Positions 6,236 through 7,115 of a stretch of 7,115 nt of DNA are shown here, piece by piece. The notes beneath the pieces are model-generated. The model did not search any database. It was not told where the DNA came from and was given only the letters and a program-made list of their open reading frames with translations. Origin of the DNA: Geosiphon pyriformis uo1. Lineage: Eukaryota > Fungi > Glomeromycota. The position numbers were made by a program, and so were the translations under genes. Location of the stretch: contig JAAOMT010000451.1 in NCBI GenBank assembly GCA_016748015.1, positions 79,205 through 86,319 on the forward strand, given 5' to 3'. The first letter of the stretch is position 1. Each line of letters starts with the position of its first letter.

Positions 6236-7115
6236 GTTTTTTATCTTTTTTTTTAAATTAAATTATTATTTAAACAGATTAAATTTAAAATTGTTTTACT
6301 GACTTATTTAAAACCAATATATTGGTTTTAAGACTACCAATTATAAATATTAATATTTTTAAATTATTTGCAAACAGCTTTTAAAACTTGTTTACAATAG
6401 ACATAACTTGATAAATTGGTAATATTTTATTTACTATTATATTTAAATTAAAACTATTCTCAAATAGAAATAGACCAAAAATATTTTTTGTAGATATATT
6501 TTCTTAGTTTCAAATAAATTAAAAAGAAAAAAAATCAATTTATGCAAAATTACGAATATTTAATTAGCAGAAAAATCTAAAAATTTTTTTAGAATATTTA
6601 AATAATAATTTAAAGCCAAAACCATAAAATTATAAACCAAAATGTTAAATAATTCTTTTATTATTAAAAATTTTTTGATAAAAAGTAGAATTTGCACCAA
6701 TAATTACTAAAACTTCTGTTTTGTTATCAAAAAAAATTAAATAAGAAACAGAAACATGTTTTTTTGCATATATATATATATATATAATATTATTTGTTTA
6801 AATTAAAAACAATTTTTTACTAATTAAATAATTTTTTAAAACATAACTAAATTGTTTATTATTAGTATACAAAAACAATATTAAACTAATTTAAAATAAG
6901 TTCACATCTTTATAAACTAGAATTAAATGAATAGTAATATCTTTAAATATAATTAAATCAAAATACATTATAATATAGCAGACTTTAATATATATAACCA
7001 AATTATATATTATAACACAAAATTTTTTACCATATAATATTAGTAAATTTAAAAAATTATAAACCATAATATTAATAAAAAACATATATAGAAGTATATA
7101 ATATTAGTTTTTTAA
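6236..7115 (-). pseudogene. Probable LINE ORF1 relic (includes ORF 6891-7085), running off the right edge
   Basis: Reads LLYMFFINIMVYNFLNLLILYGKKFCVI...VYKDVNLF* (approximately LLYTLPVGTTAHDLS.LL.SYGGK.CVI...VYKGVNL.W), a possible knuckle remnant YTNNKQFSYV near 6845-6875, and YAKKHVSVSYLIFFDNKT at about 6717-6770 (approximately YAKK.VP.SRP.SFGGKT). Same strand as, and upstream of, the ORF2 pieces. Identity relies on recalled similarity to Glomeromycotina LINE ORF1 and was not checked against a database. Confidence 0.6.
6768..6786. repeat. (TA)n microsatellite, about 9 units
   Basis: Directly visible inside the ORF1 relic. Confidence 0.85.

Noticed and set aside
1-7115. AT-rich organelle, endosymbiont or phage DNA
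   Set aside because: No intact genes, tRNA or rRNA. The whole window is explained by decayed eukaryotic retrotransposons.

Overview
Eukaryotic, most likely fungal, repeat-derived DNA that is extremely AT-rich (roughly 80% AT or more by eye) with no intact gene. The window is a nested pair of dead retrotransposons, both on the minus strand and both saturated with C>T/G>A transitions. (1) A Ty3/Gypsy LTR retrotransposon at 624-5925 has TGTTAC...GTAACA ends, a 4-bp TSD (ATGT/ATGC) and two LTRs about 18% diverged, almost entirely by transitions. Its internal region can be read once the transitions are reversed: Gag (long N-terminal part, capsid with MHR, CCHC knuckle), aspartic protease, a CxxC-x8-CxxC motif and a dUTPase remnant. 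RT, RNase H and integrase are deleted. (2) The element sits inside ORF2 of an older LINE: RT motifs at 1-623, ORF2 linker at 5926-6216 and an ORF1-like relic at 6236-7115. Removing the LTR element restores the LINE frame. There are two assembly artefacts: an exact 19-bp Tn5 mosaic end (Nextera adapter) at 6217-6235, where the LINE endonuclease domain is missing, and an N gap with probably over-extended poly-A/(CAACAAAAAA)n in the 5' LTR. From memory, not from a search, the back-mutated peptides resemble TE-derived proteins of Glomeromycotina (Geosiphon pyriformis-like). If so, the context-independent, both-strand RIP-like hypermutation is the most interesting signal.
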